A stretch of DNA of 64,000 nt from Solirubrobacterales bacterium (lineage in GTDB: Bacteria; Actinomycetota; Thermoleophilia; Solirubrobacterales; 70-9): contig DATLQI010000038.1 of assembly GCA_035535295.1 (NCBI GenBank), positions 95,973-159,972 on the forward strand. Reading direction: 5' to 3'. Below, piece by piece: positions 35,013 to 44,371 of the stretch. The notes beneath the pieces are model-generated. The model was not told the DNA's origin. It saw only the letters and a program-made list of their open reading frames with translations, and ran no database searches. The position numbers and the translations under genes were made by a program. The stretch's first letter is position 1; every line of letters begins with the position of its first letter.

Positions 35013-35825
35013 CTACTCGCTCCTCTCGTTCGCGGTGGCGGGTTCGGCCTGTTTGCGGTGCATCTCGGCCTTGACCGAGTCGGGCAGAACTTTCGCCGCG
35101 GCGGCCTGGGCTTTGTTTTTCAGCGAGCCGCCGACGACCTTCCCCTTGCCGGCCATCAGCGCGTCGAACCCTTGGCGGGCGACTTCGGCGGGGTCGTCCT
35201 TCTCGCTTTCCCCGATCGGGGTGTCCTCCATTTCGGCCCGCTCGAAGAACTCGGTCTCGGTCGGGCCCGGCATCAGCGAGGTGACGGTGACGCCGGTGTC
35301 CTTGAGCTCGTTGCGGAGGGCCAGGGCGAAGGACTGGACGAAGGACTTGGAGGCGTTGTAGGCGGCCTGGAAGGAGCCCGGCATCGTCGAGGCGATCGAG
35401 GAGGTGAAGAGGATGCGACCCTCGTCGCGGGCGACCATGTCCTGGGCTACCAGCTTGCAGAGGTGGACGGTGGAGCGGACGTTGAGGTCGATCAGCCGCA
35501 GCACCTTGCGGAGGTCGTTTTCGCGGACGAAGTCGCCGCCGGCACCGGTCCCGGCGTTGAGGACGAGGACGTCGACGGGGCGCGCCGTTGCCTGGATCCG
35601 CTCGTAGAGCCGCGCCACCTCCTCCTCGCGCGAGAGGTCGAGGCGGGTGCACTCGACGCTGGCGGTCAGCTGGTTCAGCTCACGCTGTGCGGTGTCGATC
35701 TCCGCGTCCTCGGCGGTGATCAGGAGGTCGAAGCCCTCTTCGGCGAGGACCTTGGCGAGCTCGAACCCGATCCCGCTCGACGCCCCGGTCACGACCGCGA
35801 ACGGCCGCCTCTGCTGCGTGCTCAT
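35013..35825 (-). CDS. short-chain dehydrogenase/reductase
   Basis: VVTGASSGIG, NAG and Y-ASK motifs. Confidence 0.85.
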   Translation of the reverse strand: MSTQQRRPFAVVTGASSGIGFELAKVLAEEGFDLLITAEDAEIDTAQRELNQLTASVECTRLDLSREEEVARLYERIQATARPVDVLVLNAGTGAGGDFVRENDLRKVLRLIDLNVRSTVHLCKLVAQDMVARDEGRILFTSSIASTMPGSFQAAYNASKSFVQSFALALRNELKDTGVTVTSLMPGPTETEFFERAEMEDTPIGESEKDDPAEVARQGFDALMAGKGKVVGGSLKNKAQAAAAKVLPDSVKAEMHRKQAEPATANERSE

Positions 35826-35908
35826 GCTGGTTGCCTTTCCCTAGCTACTGACGGTTGCCAACTCCAACTCCCCGTGCCCGGGGAAGGCGAAACGGGAAGA
35901 AGCTCCGC

Positions 35909-36934
35909 TCAGGAGACGAGCTCGATCACTTCCCGCTCGATCTTCAGCCGCTGCTTCGCGGTCATCCGGCCGTTGGTGCTCGGGGCGGGGCGGATGGTCG
36001 TTCCGTCGCGGTAGCGGTCGAGGACGCGGGGGTCGATGTAGGAGGCGCGGCAGACGGCGGGGGTGTTGCCTAGCGCTTCGGAGACCTGGTTGACGGCGCG
36101 GGTGATCGCCCGTTTGGCGGCGGCTTCGGAGCGGGGCGGCTCCTCGCCGGCGAGGGCGACGGCGGCGAGCACGGTCCCGTGCCAGGTGCGGAAGTTCTTC
36201 GCCGTGAACTCCTCGCCGATCTTCTCGTGGATGTATTCGTTGATCTCGTCGGAGCGGACGTCGACCCATTCGCCGCCGGCCCGGTAGGCGAGCAGGTCCT
36301 CGGGGCCGCTGCGGCGCCGGTACATCGCCTCCAGCACCCGGCGCGCGGCGGCGTCGCGGATCGACTGCACCCGCCGCTGGCCGCTCTTGGCCGGAAAGTC
36401 GAAGACGACCTCGCTGCGCTTGACCGTGACGTGCTCGCGGCGCACGGTGGCGAGCCCGAAGCTCTCGTTTTCCTCGGCGTAGACCTCGCTGCCGATGCGG
36501 AAGAAGCCGAGATCGAGGAGGCGGACGGCGCAGGCGAGAGCGCGCTCGCGCGGCATCCCCTGGCGGCGCAGGTCGGCGGTGACGGCGCGGCGCAGCTTCG
36601 GCAGCTCGAGGGCGAATTCGCGGACCAGCTCGAACTTCCGTTCCGCTTGCCGCTGTTGCCAGCGCTCGTGGTAGAGGTACTGCTTGCGCCCGGCTTCGTC
36701 GTAGCCGGTCGCCTGGATGTGGCCGAAGGGATCGGGGCAGATCCAGACTTCCTTCCATGCGGGCGGGATCGCCAGCTGGCGGATCCGCTCCAGCGTCTCC
36801 TCGTCGGCGATCTTCTCCCCGGTCCCGTCCTCGTAGGTGAAGCCGCGGCCGCGGCGGACGCGCCTGATCCCGGGCCCGGCGCAGTCGGCCCGGCGCAGGC
36901 GGCCGCGGCGGGGGGCGGTCGCGCCCGCGCTCAC
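35909..36934 (-). CDS. DNA topoisomerase IB
   Basis: GTG at 36934 overlaps the UDG stop (GTGA). IPPAW, GRKQYLYH, FRTWHGT and SYIDPRV motifs. Confidence 0.85.
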   Translation of the reverse strand: MSAGATAPRRGRLRRADCAGPGIRRVRRGRGFTYEDGTGEKIADEETLERIRQLAIPPAWKEVWICPDPFGHIQATGYDEAGRKQYLYHERWQQRQAERKFELVREFALELPKLRRAVTADLRRQGMPRERALACAVRLLDLGFFRIGSEVYAEENESFGLATVRREHVTVKRSEVVFDFPAKSGQRRVQSIRDAAARRVLEAMYRRRSGPEDLLAYRAGGEWVDVRSDEINEYIHEKIGEEFTAKNFRTWHGTVLAAVALAGEEPPRSEAAAKRAITRAVNQVSEALGNTPAVCRASYIDPRVLDRYRDGTTIRPAPSTNGRMTAKQRLKIEREVIELVS

Positions 36935-37560
36935 CTGGCGGCGCCCTGCAGCGCGCTCGCCACGCCTTCGAGGTCGGCGACGAAGCCGGCGAACTCGGCC
37001 TCTCGCTCGTCGTGCTCCCGCAGCCGCAGGATCGCCGAGGGGTGGATGGTCACCGCGGCGACCGGCGCCAGCGGCGACTCCAGCGGCCGCCCCCGGTCCT
37101 TGGTCACCTTCACCTTCGGCCCGAACAGCGACCGCGCCGCCGTCGCCCCCATCGCCAAGACCGCCTGCGGCTTCACCGCCTCGACCTCGGCCTCCAGCCA
37201 GGGCTTGCAGGCCTCGATCTCCCCGGCTCGCGGAGTCTGGTGCAGCCGCCGTTTGCCTCGCGGTTTCCACTTGAAGTGCTTGACCGCGTTGGTCACGTAG
37301 GCCGCCGACCGATCGATCCCGGCCTCCTCCAGCGCTTTGTCCAGCAATCGTCCCGCCGGCCCCACGAACGGCTCCCCCGCCAAGTCCTCTTTATCCCCCG
37401 GCTGCTCCCCGACCAGAATCAACTCCGCGCTTTTCCGCCCCTGCCCGAAAACCGCCTGCGTCGCGTCCTCGTAGAGCGGACACCCCCGGCACCCCTGCAC
37501 CGCCTCCCCGAGCACCTTCAGCGACCGGGAGGAAGGCAAAAACTCCGCAGCACTCGACAT
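36931..37560 (-). CDS. uracil-DNA glycosylase, family 4-like
   Basis: ATG at 37560. GEQPGDKEDLAGEPFVGPAGRLL and HPS motifs. Confidence 0.85.
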   Translation of the reverse strand: MSSAAEFLPSSRSLKVLGEAVQGCRGCPLYEDATQAVFGQGRKSAELILVGEQPGDKEDLAGEPFVGPAGRLLDKALEEAGIDRSAAYVTNAVKHFKWKPRGKRRLHQTPRAGEIEACKPWLEAEVEAVKPQAVLAMGATAARSLFGPKVKVTKDRGRPLESPLAPVAAVTIHPSAILRLREHDEREAEFAGFVADLEGVASALQGAAR

Positions 37561-37569
37561 AAACCGCAG

Positions 37570-37597
37570 GTACCCAAGCCTCAGCCGGGGCGAAACC
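37570..37597 (-). promoter_or_regulatory. SigB/SigF-type promoter GGTTT-N17-GGGTAC, 9 nt to ATG 37560
   Basis: Strict match upstream of the UDG/topoisomerase IB pair. Confidence 0.65.
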
Positions 37598-37627
37598 GAG
37601 CCCCCCAAACCCTTAGAGAGGGAGCCC

Positions 37628-38587
37628 ATGTCTCCCTCTTCCGCCGAGACCGCAAAAACCATCCTTGAAGGAGGGTTTTTGCGGTCTCGCGATGATGATC
37701 GCTGGTTGGCGGGGCTGGCCGAGCGGCAATACGGGGTGGTGGGCCGGTGGCAGTTGCTGGAGGCGGGGTGGAGCAGTGGGGCGATTGAGAAGCGCACCCG
37801 GAGTGGGCGGCTTCACCCCTTGTACGCGGGCGTGTACCGCGTGGGACACGGGGTGATCTCGCGCCAGGGCGGCTGGATGGCAGCGCTGCTTGCTACTGGG
37901 CCCGACGCGGTCCTCAGCCACTGGTCGGCTGCGGCTCTCTGGATGATCCGGCCGAACTCGCGGTCGGTCATCGACGTCACTACGCCTCACAAGAGCAGAA
38001 CCTGGGACGGGATCAGACGACACCACAAAGCGCTGCCGGCCGATGAGGTCACGGTGGAGGAGGGGCTACCGGTGACCGGTCCTTGCCGAACCGCCTTCGA
38101 TCTCGCGGCCACGGAGCCACTCGACCTGGTCGAGAACCTGATCCGGGAGATGGAATTCCGCCAGTTGTGGGACCGGCTCTCGCTCCCGGACTTGATCGAG
38201 CGTTATCCGGGGCGCCGGGGAGTCCGGAAGCTTCGACTCGCCCTGGAACGCCTCGAGGAAGATCCAGCCGGCCGCAAGCGCTCGCCCCTCGAGGAGCGCT
38301 TCAGCCCGTTCCTGCGCCGCCACCGCCTGTCCCTGCCGCGCTACAACGACTGGATCCTTCTCCCGAACGGCAAGCGCTACCAAGTCGACTGCCACTGGCC
38401 GGGCACCAACCAGATCGTCGAGCTGGACGGCTGGCAGGGCCACTCCACCAAGAGCGCCTTTCGCGACGACCGAGCTCGCGACCGCCGTCTTACCGCCGCC
38501 GGCTACACCGTCACCCACATCACCTGGAACCAGCTCGACGACGAACCGGAGGCAATCGCCGCCGACCTGCGGGCGCTGCTGCGCTAG
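37628..38587 (+). CDS. AbiEi-like N-terminal domain + DUF559 endonuclease-like domain protein
   Basis: GVVGRWQLLEAG...SHWSAAALW N-terminal pattern. C-terminal D...GY-V-HITW pattern. Confidence 0.7.
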   Translation: MSPSSAETAKTILEGGFLRSRDDDRWLAGLAERQYGVVGRWQLLEAGWSSGAIEKRTRSGRLHPLYAGVYRVGHGVISRQGGWMAALLATGPDAVLSHWSAAALWMIRPNSRSVIDVTTPHKSRTWDGIRRHHKALPADEVTVEEGLPVTGPCRTAFDLAATEPLDLVENLIREMEFRQLWDRLSLPDLIERYPGRRGVRKLRLALERLEEDPAGRKRSPLEERFSPFLRRHRLSLPRYNDWILLPNGKRYQVDCHWPGTNQIVELDGWQGHSTKSAFRDDRARDRRLTAAGYTVTHITWNQLDDEPEAIAADLRALLR

Positions 38588-39231
38588 ACGCCTTTCGCCG
38601 GCTCGATGCGGAACGCTGACCGCAGCGGGTGGACCGGCTTGTAGAAAGTCGCCGTCTGCGTCTTCACCTGCCACGGATCGGGCAGCGCGCCGCCCGGGGC
38701 AGCGAGGAACCTGGTGAACAGGACCGAGGCGCGGCGGCAGCTGATTCCCGACTTGGCCGGGATGTAGATCAGGTACTGGCCCTTGGCGAAGAACAGGGGG
38801 CCGACGTGTGACCCGGCGTTGACGGTGAAGGTGCCGGGGCAGAGCTTGCCGGCGAGGTTGTTGTTCCCGCCGCCCCCGCCGCCGATTCGCTCGACGGTGA
38901 AGCCGGGGAGGTTGCCGCGCTCGAACGAAGCCTTGCCGCTCTCTTCGGCGATCACCTTCCAGGGGCTCGGCAGCTTGCCGTCCCAGTCCTGGAGGAAGCG
39001 GGCGAACAGTTTCGACGCTTCCTGGCAGCTGATCCCGGCCTTGACGCCGATCTCGTAGTTGCCGGCCGGCAGGACCGCCGCGCCGATGCGGTCGTCGTGC
39101 AGGACCCGGAAGCTCGGGCAGGTCGCCGCCGTGGCGGAACCGCCGCCGAGTGACAGCAACGCCAGCGCCGCGACAGCCGTTGCCGCAAAGGCGGCAAAGA
39201 AGCGATGACGGGAGGCGCGGACGGGACTCAC
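38584..39231 (-). CDS. secreted protein with an internal two-fold repeat
   Basis: Signal peptide. Two copies of CP-F-V...G-Y-I...ISC--AS-LF-RFL...LP-PW-V separated by a Gly/Asn linker. Confidence 0.6.
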   Translation of the reverse strand: MSPVRASRHRFFAAFAATAVAALALLSLGGGSATAATCPSFRVLHDDRIGAAVLPAGNYEIGVKAGISCQEASKLFARFLQDWDGKLPSPWKVIAEESGKASFERGNLPGFTVERIGGGGGGNNNLAGKLCPGTFTVNAGSHVGPLFFAKGQYLIYIPAKSGISCRRASVLFTRFLAAPGGALPDPWQVKTQTATFYKPVHPLRSAFRIEPAKGV

Positions 39232-39276
39232 GGCGCCGAAAGCTATCAGCGCCGATCCCTAGGATGCGAGCGACCG

Positions 39277-41244
39277 ATGCCGGAACCCGTCAAGCGCAAC
39301 CAGCGCTACATGCCTGGGCTGGACGGGCTGCGCGCGATCGCCGTCCTCGCCGTCATCCTCTTCCACCTCGGCGTCGACTGGGCTCCCGGCGGCATGCTCG
39401 GGGTCGGCGTCTTCTTCACCCTCAGCGGCTACCTGATCAGCGACATCCTCCTCGCCCAGCTGAACGCCCGCGGGCGGATCAAGCTGACCGCCTTCTGGCT
39501 CGCCCGTGCCCGCCGCCTGCTCCCGGCCCTCTTCGTGATGCTGGCGATCGTCGTCGCCTGGGTGACGATCTTCGGCCCGGCCCAGCCGGACCAGTTCCGC
39601 AAGGGCGTGATCTCGGCGATCTTCTACGTCAACAACTGGGAGCAGATCTTCGCCGACGTCTCCTACTTCGCCCGCTTCGAAGCCGAAGGCCCGCTCGACC
39701 ACCTCTGGTCGCTCTCGGTCGAGGAGCAGTTCTACATCGTCTGGCCGTTCCTGCTCCTGCTCGGGGTCAAGCTCGTCCACGAGCGCCCGCTGCCCTCCGG
39801 CGTCCGCCCCCGCCTGGCGCTGCTGACCCTCGCCGGCGCGCTCGCCTCCTCGATCCTGATGGTGGTCCTCTACGAGCCCAGCCTCGACCCCTCGCGGATC
39901 TACTTCGGCACCGACACCCGCGCCGGCGGCCTCCTCTTCGGCGCCGCCCTGGCGATGGTCTGGCCGAGCCGCAAACTCAGCCGCCGCATCGCCCCGCAGG
40001 CGCGCAATACGCTCGACGCGATGGGCGCCGCCGGCCTCCTGATCATCGCCCTGATGATCTGGCGGACCGGCGAACTCTCGGCCTTCAACTACCGCGGCGG
40101 CTTCGTCCTCCTCTCGCTGGCGACGGTGATGGTGCTGATGCCGCTCACCCACCCGGCCTGCCGCCTCGGCGCCTGGCTCGGGGTGAGGCCGCTGCGCTGG
40201 GTCGGCGTCCGCTCCTATGGGATCTACCTCTGGCAGACCCCGGTCATCGTCCTCACCTCGCCGCAGGGCATCCACGACGACAACCTCGTCCGCAGCCTGC
40301 TGCAGGTAGCGGCGATCTTCGGCATCGCCGCGCTCTCCTGGCGCTTCGTCGAGGAGCCGATCCGCCACGGCGCGATCGGCCGCTTCTTCGCCCGCCGCCG
40401 CGCCGTCGGCTGGAAATGGGAGACCTTCGCGCCCGGCATGCGGGTGGCGATCGTCGGCATGGGCGTCGTCCTCCTCGTCGCCACCGCCGGCATGGCTGGC
40501 GTCAACTCGAGCTCCGCCGAAGGGGAAAACATCCGCGTAGAGCAGGCGCGGGCGGAGGGGGGAGCGACGAAGCCGCCGCCGCTGACCAAGGCGCAGGCGG
40601 CGGACTCGACGAAATCGTCCTGCAAGACCGTCGTCCACATCGGCGACTCGACTTCCGAGGGCCTCGATAACGCCGAATACCTGCCCGAGGAAGGCCAGCG
40701 GATCCCCGCCCGCTACGCCGAAGTCGGGGTCAAAGAAGTCCACATGGAGGTGCAGGGGGCGACCTCGATCGAAGAGCAGTTCGAAGGCAACCCCAACGCC
40801 CAGGAAGTCGCCGCCGCCTGGAAGGCGGAACCCAAATTCGAAGCCTGCTGGGTGCTGGCGCTGGGGACCAACGAGGCCGCCAACGTCGCCGCCGGCTCGA
40901 CCGTCGGCGAGCGCGAACGGATCGAAAAAATGATGACGATCATCGGCGACGAACCGGTGCTCTGGGTCAACGTCCGCTCCCTGGTGGAAGCCGGCGACCC
41001 CTACTCGAAGGAGAACATGGAGAAGTGGGACGAGGAACTCGAAGCCGCCTGCGACTCCTACCCGAACATGCGCGTCTACGACTGGGCCTCCGACGTCAAA
41101 GACGACTGGTTCATCGAAGACGGCATCCACTTCACCACTCCCGGCTACGCCGCCCGCGCCCAGCTGATCGCGCTTGCGCTCGCCCACGCCTTCCCGGAAA
41201 AAGGCGAAACCGAAGGCGGCTCCAAGAACTGCGTGGTGAGTTAG
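39277..41244 (+). CDS. acyltransferase-3 family membrane protein with C-terminal SGNH domain (OatA-like)
   Basis: ATG at 39277. GLDGLRAIAVL-V-FH and multiple TM helices. C-terminal GDSTSEG. Confidence 0.85.
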   Translation: MPEPVKRNQRYMPGLDGLRAIAVLAVILFHLGVDWAPGGMLGVGVFFTLSGYLISDILLAQLNARGRIKLTAFWLARARRLLPALFVMLAIVVAWVTIFGPAQPDQFRKGVISAIFYVNNWEQIFADVSYFARFEAEGPLDHLWSLSVEEQFYIVWPFLLLLGVKLVHERPLPSGVRPRLALLTLAGALASSILMVVLYEPSLDPSRIYFGTDTRAGGLLFGAALAMVWPSRKLSRRIAPQARNTLDAMGAAGLLIIALMIWRTGELSAFNYRGGFVLLSLATVMVLMPLTHPACRLGAWLGVRPLRWVGVRSYGIYLWQTPVIVLTSPQGIHDDNLVRSLLQVAAIFGIAALSWRFVEEPIRHGAIGRFFARRRAVGWKWETFAPGMRVAIVGMGVVLLVATAGMAGVNSSSAEGENIRVEQARAEGGATKPPPLTKAQAADSTKSSCKTVVHIGDSTSEGLDNAEYLPEEGQRIPARYAEVGVKEVHMEVQGATSIEEQFEGNPNAQEVAAAWKAEPKFEACWVLALGTNEAANVAAGSTVGERERIEKMMTIIGDEPVLWVNVRSLVEAGDPYSKENMEKWDEELEAACDSYPNMRVYDWASDVKDDWFIEDGIHFTTPGYAARAQLIALALAHAFPEKGETEGGSKNCVVS

Positions 41245-41248
41245 CGGG

Positions 41249-43216
41249 CTAGCTCGGCAGCCCGGTGATCTCGACCGGCTCGGGGTCCCCGGCCGGCTCG
41301 AAGCCCATGATCCGGCCGTAGAAGTACAGCTCGGCTTCGAGGCAGCGGATGTTCGTCTCCGCCTTGCGGAAGCCGTGCTGCTCGCCCTCGAAGGCGAGGT
41401 AGGCGTGGGGGACGCCGTTGCGCTCCAGCGCCGCCGCCATCGTCTCCGCCTGGTTCGGCGGCACGACCATGTCCTCCAGCCCTTGGAAGAGGATCACCGG
41501 CGAGCGCAGTTGCTCGACGTGGTGGATCGGCGAGCGCTCGCGGTACAGCTCCGCCTCCCGCGGATAGGGCCCGATCAGGCGGTCGAGGTAGCGGGACTCG
41601 AACTTGTGGGTGTCGCCGGCCAGCGCCTCGGCGTCGGCGACCCCGTAGTAGCTGGCGCCGGCGGCGAAGGCGTCGTGGAAGGTGAGCGCGCAGAGGGTGG
41701 CGTAGCCGCCGGCCGAGCCGCCGCGGATCGCCAGCCGCGCCCCGTCGGCGAGACCCTCCGCGGCCAGGTACCGCGCAGCGTTGACGCAGTCCTCGGTGTC
41801 GACCACGCCCCAGGTCCCGCGCAGCTTGTTGCGGTACTCGCGCCCGTAGCCGCTGGAGCCGCGATAGTTGACGTCGACGACGCCGATCCCGCGGCTGGTC
41901 CAGTGGAGGAACTCGCGGCTGAGGGCGGGGGTGGCGTGGGAGGTGGGACCGCCGTGGCTCTCGACGATCAGCGGCGGCAGTTCCCCCTCCGGCGCTTCGA
42001 ACTCGGGGTTGGCCGGCGGGTAGTAGAAGCCGTAGGCGACCTCGCCTTCGCCGGTCGGGAATTCGATCGGCCGCGGCCGCGAGACGTAGGCGGGGTCGAC
42101 CGGCTCCTCGCTCGAGGTCCGCACCACCTCGGTCTCCTCGCTTCCTGCGTCGTAGATCACGACGGCGGCCTCGCTCTCGGGACTGGCGGCGGCGAAGGCG
42201 ACCTTCTCGCCCCGCGCCGAGAGGGCGGGATAGCCGAAGGAAGTGAACGGCAGGTCGAGGCCGCTCGGTTCCCAGCCCTCGGGCCGCAGTAGGAAGAGCT
42301 TTTCCTCGGCGTTCTCGGTGCGGACGCAGGCGATCGCGCCGCTCTCGAGGAAAGCGAAGGTGGCGCCGCCGAAAAGCCACTGCGGGTGGGCGAGGTCCGC
42401 CTTCTCCTCGGTCAGCTGAACCAGGGCACCGTCCTCGCCGCTGAGCTGCCCGCCAGGGTCGCTGGCACGGTAGAGGTTCCAGTAGCCGTCGCGGTCAGAG
42501 ACGAAGTGCAGGCGCCCGTCGCGATCCCACTCGGGCTGGAAGACCGAGCGCTCGTGGCCACCGGCGATCAGCCGCTCCTCGCCTGGATCCCCAAGCGGCG
42601 CCAGCCAGAGCTCGGTTCCGTCCCAGGGCATGTTCGGGTGGTCCCAGCAGGTCCAGGCGAGCCAGGCACCGTCAGGACTGATGCGCGGGAAGGAGTAGAA
42701 GTCGCGACCGCCAGCGAGCACCTGTGGCTCGGCGGAGCCGTCCAGCGGCAGCGAGACGATCTCGTTGACGGGTTCGGGCTCGGCGTCCCGTTCGCGCACG
42801 CAGACGACGGCGTCCCCATCCGGCCTCGGCCGCATGTCGGCGTAGCGCAGCGCCCCCGGCTCGGGCGCCTCCGGTGAGATCGGGACCGGCTCCTCTCCCA
42901 CTCGCTGGCGGTAGAGACGCTGGTCCTCGAAGCCGACGAAGACGACGAGGTCGGCCCCGACCAAAGCCCAGGCGCCGCCACCGTACTCATGGACGCGGGT
43001 GCGCACGTTGACCCCCTCCGCCGTCACCCGTTCGGGCTCGCCGCCCTCGGGCCGCCGCATCAAGCAGACGCGGCCGCTCTCCTCCGGCCGCCCCTCGGCC
43101 CACCAGACCGCGCCGTCCTCGGCCAGCGCCGGGAACGCCAGCCGCCGCCCCGCCCGCGCCACCGTCTCCGCCGCGATCGGCGAGGACCAGGACCCGTAGG
43201 GGGTGACGGTCGTCAT
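41249..43216 (-). CDS. S9-family serine peptidase (prolyl oligopeptidase / acylaminoacyl peptidase type)
   Basis: GGSAGGY nucleophile elbow. Beta-propeller-like N-terminal half. Confidence 0.85.
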   Translation of the reverse strand: MTTVTPYGSWSSPIAAETVARAGRRLAFPALAEDGAVWWAEGRPEESGRVCLMRRPEGGEPERVTAEGVNVRTRVHEYGGGAWALVGADLVVFVGFEDQRLYRQRVGEEPVPISPEAPEPGALRYADMRPRPDGDAVVCVRERDAEPEPVNEIVSLPLDGSAEPQVLAGGRDFYSFPRISPDGAWLAWTCWDHPNMPWDGTELWLAPLGDPGEERLIAGGHERSVFQPEWDRDGRLHFVSDRDGYWNLYRASDPGGQLSGEDGALVQLTEEKADLAHPQWLFGGATFAFLESGAIACVRTENAEEKLFLLRPEGWEPSGLDLPFTSFGYPALSARGEKVAFAAASPESEAAVVIYDAGSEETEVVRTSSEEPVDPAYVSRPRPIEFPTGEGEVAYGFYYPPANPEFEAPEGELPPLIVESHGGPTSHATPALSREFLHWTSRGIGVVDVNYRGSSGYGREYRNKLRGTWGVVDTEDCVNAARYLAAEGLADGARLAIRGGSAGGYATLCALTFHDAFAAGASYYGVADAEALAGDTHKFESRYLDRLIGPYPREAELYRERSPIHHVEQLRSPVILFQGLEDMVVPPNQAETMAAALERNGVPHAYLAFEGEQHGFRKAETNIRCLEAELYFYGRIMGFEPAGDPEPVEITGLPS

Positions 43217-43717
43217 CTATTCCTCTGCCTCGACCTCGCGCAGCCGGTGCGTGTCGACGTCGTAGACGAAGCCGCGCACGACGTCGCGGTGGGGGAGGAA
43301 GGGGGAGGTGCGGACGCGGCGGATCGACTGCCGCACGTCCTCCTCGACGTCGGCGAAGGCCTCGATCGCGAAGGAGGGGGCGACCCCGGTCGTCTCCTGC
43401 AGCTCCATGCGGAAGCCGTCCTCGGTGATCTTCTGCAGGCCGCAGTCGTCGTGGTGGATCAGCATCACCTCACGGGTACCCAGCCGCCGCTGCGAGAGCG
43501 CCAGCGAGCGGATCACGTCGTCGGTGATGACGCCGCCGGCGTTGCGCAGCACGTGCGCCTCGCCGTGGTCGAGACCCAGGGCGGCGAAGACGTCGAGCCG
43601 GGAGTCCATGCAGGTGACGATCGCCAGGTGGCGCTGAGGTTCGACGTCGAGGTGCCGCTCCGCGAGGCCAGCGGCGAAGGCCTGGTTGTTCTCCAACAGG
43701 GAATCGATCGTGTCCAT
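43217..43717 (-). CDS. beta-class carbonic anhydrase
   Basis: ATG at 43717. CMDSR and HHDDCG zinc-ligand motifs. Confidence 0.85.
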   Translation of the reverse strand: MDTIDSLLENNQAFAAGLAERHLDVEPQRHLAIVTCMDSRLDVFAALGLDHGEAHVLRNAGGVITDDVIRSLALSQRRLGTREVMLIHHDDCGLQKITEDGFRMELQETTGVAPSFAIEAFADVEEDVRQSIRRVRTSPFLPHRDVVRGFVYDVDTHRLREVEAEE

Positions 43718-43753
43718 GGCGCGGCAGACTAGCCATGAAAGCGAGAAGGAGCG

Positions 43754-43780
43754 CGTTTCCCCGCTCATCCCCTGGGGTAG
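43754..43780 (+). promoter_or_regulatory. SigB/SigF-type promoter CGTTT-N16-GGGTAG
   Basis: Strict GTTT/GGGTA match. About 55-nt leader with GAGGGAG before the ATG at 43843. Confidence 0.6.
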
Positions 43781-43842
43781 CCGCCAGGCGTGGACGACCG
43801 GCGACCCGACGAGTGACCAGACGACCAGAGGGAGTGAACGTG

Positions 43843-44352
43843 ATGGAGACCAGCAGCCTCGACAAGGGAATCTTCAGCGGCGATGCCTCCGGCACCCGCG
43901 AAGAGATCGTCGAGCTTCTGACCAAGGCCTACTGGATGGAGATCGAGACGGTGATGAGCTACCTCGCCGCCTCCACCAACCTCGACGGCGTCCGCGCCCA
44001 GGAGATCCGCGAGTCCCTGGCCGAAGACGTCGAAGAGGAGCTCGGCCACGCGAAAGCGTTCGCCACCCGGATCAAGGAGCTCTACGGCGTCGTCCCCGGC
44101 TCCGAAGCCTTCAGCGCCGAGCAGAGCTTCCTGCAGCCGCCCGAGCACCAGGTCGACGTCGTCCACGTGATCCGCGGCGTGATCAAAGCCGAGACCGGGG
44201 CGATCGAGCACTACACCCGGATCGTCGAGGTGACCGACGGGGTCGATCCCGTCACCCAGGACATGGTGATCTCGATCCTCCGCGACGAGCAGGGCCACCG
44301 CCGCCTCTTCGAGGGCTTCCTGCGCGAGTACGAGTTCGAGGGCAAGGCGTAG
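43843..44352 (+). CDS. ferritin-like (bacterioferritin/Dps-superfamily) protein
   Basis: E...EE-GH...E-G-I-HY...DE-GH four-helix diiron-type spacing. Confidence 0.7.
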   Translation: METSSLDKGIFSGDASGTREEIVELLTKAYWMEIETVMSYLAASTNLDGVRAQEIRESLAEDVEEELGHAKAFATRIKELYGVVPGSEAFSAEQSFLQPPEHQVDVVHVIRGVIKAETGAIEHYTRIVEVTDGVDPVTQDMVISILRDEQGHRRLFEGFLREYEFEGKA

Positions 44353-44371
44353 GCCCGAGGTCGCGCGGGTC

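Noticed and set aside
35826-35908. Possible SigB/F-type promoter upstream of the SDR/ADH/epimerase operon.
   Set aside because: There is no GGGTA element. Only a weak TAGCTA and a GTTTC-N15-GGGGAG string are present, which do not fit the pattern of the other sites.
39258-39273. A 16-mer CCTAGG(A/C)TGCGAGCGA shared (15/16) with 45364-45379, both immediately before ATG starts.
   Set aside because: My rough estimate is that 15/16 matches occur by chance hundreds of times among all position pairs in a window of this size and composition. It probably reflects similar TAGG(A/C)T -10-like hexamers of leaderless genes rather than a specific element.
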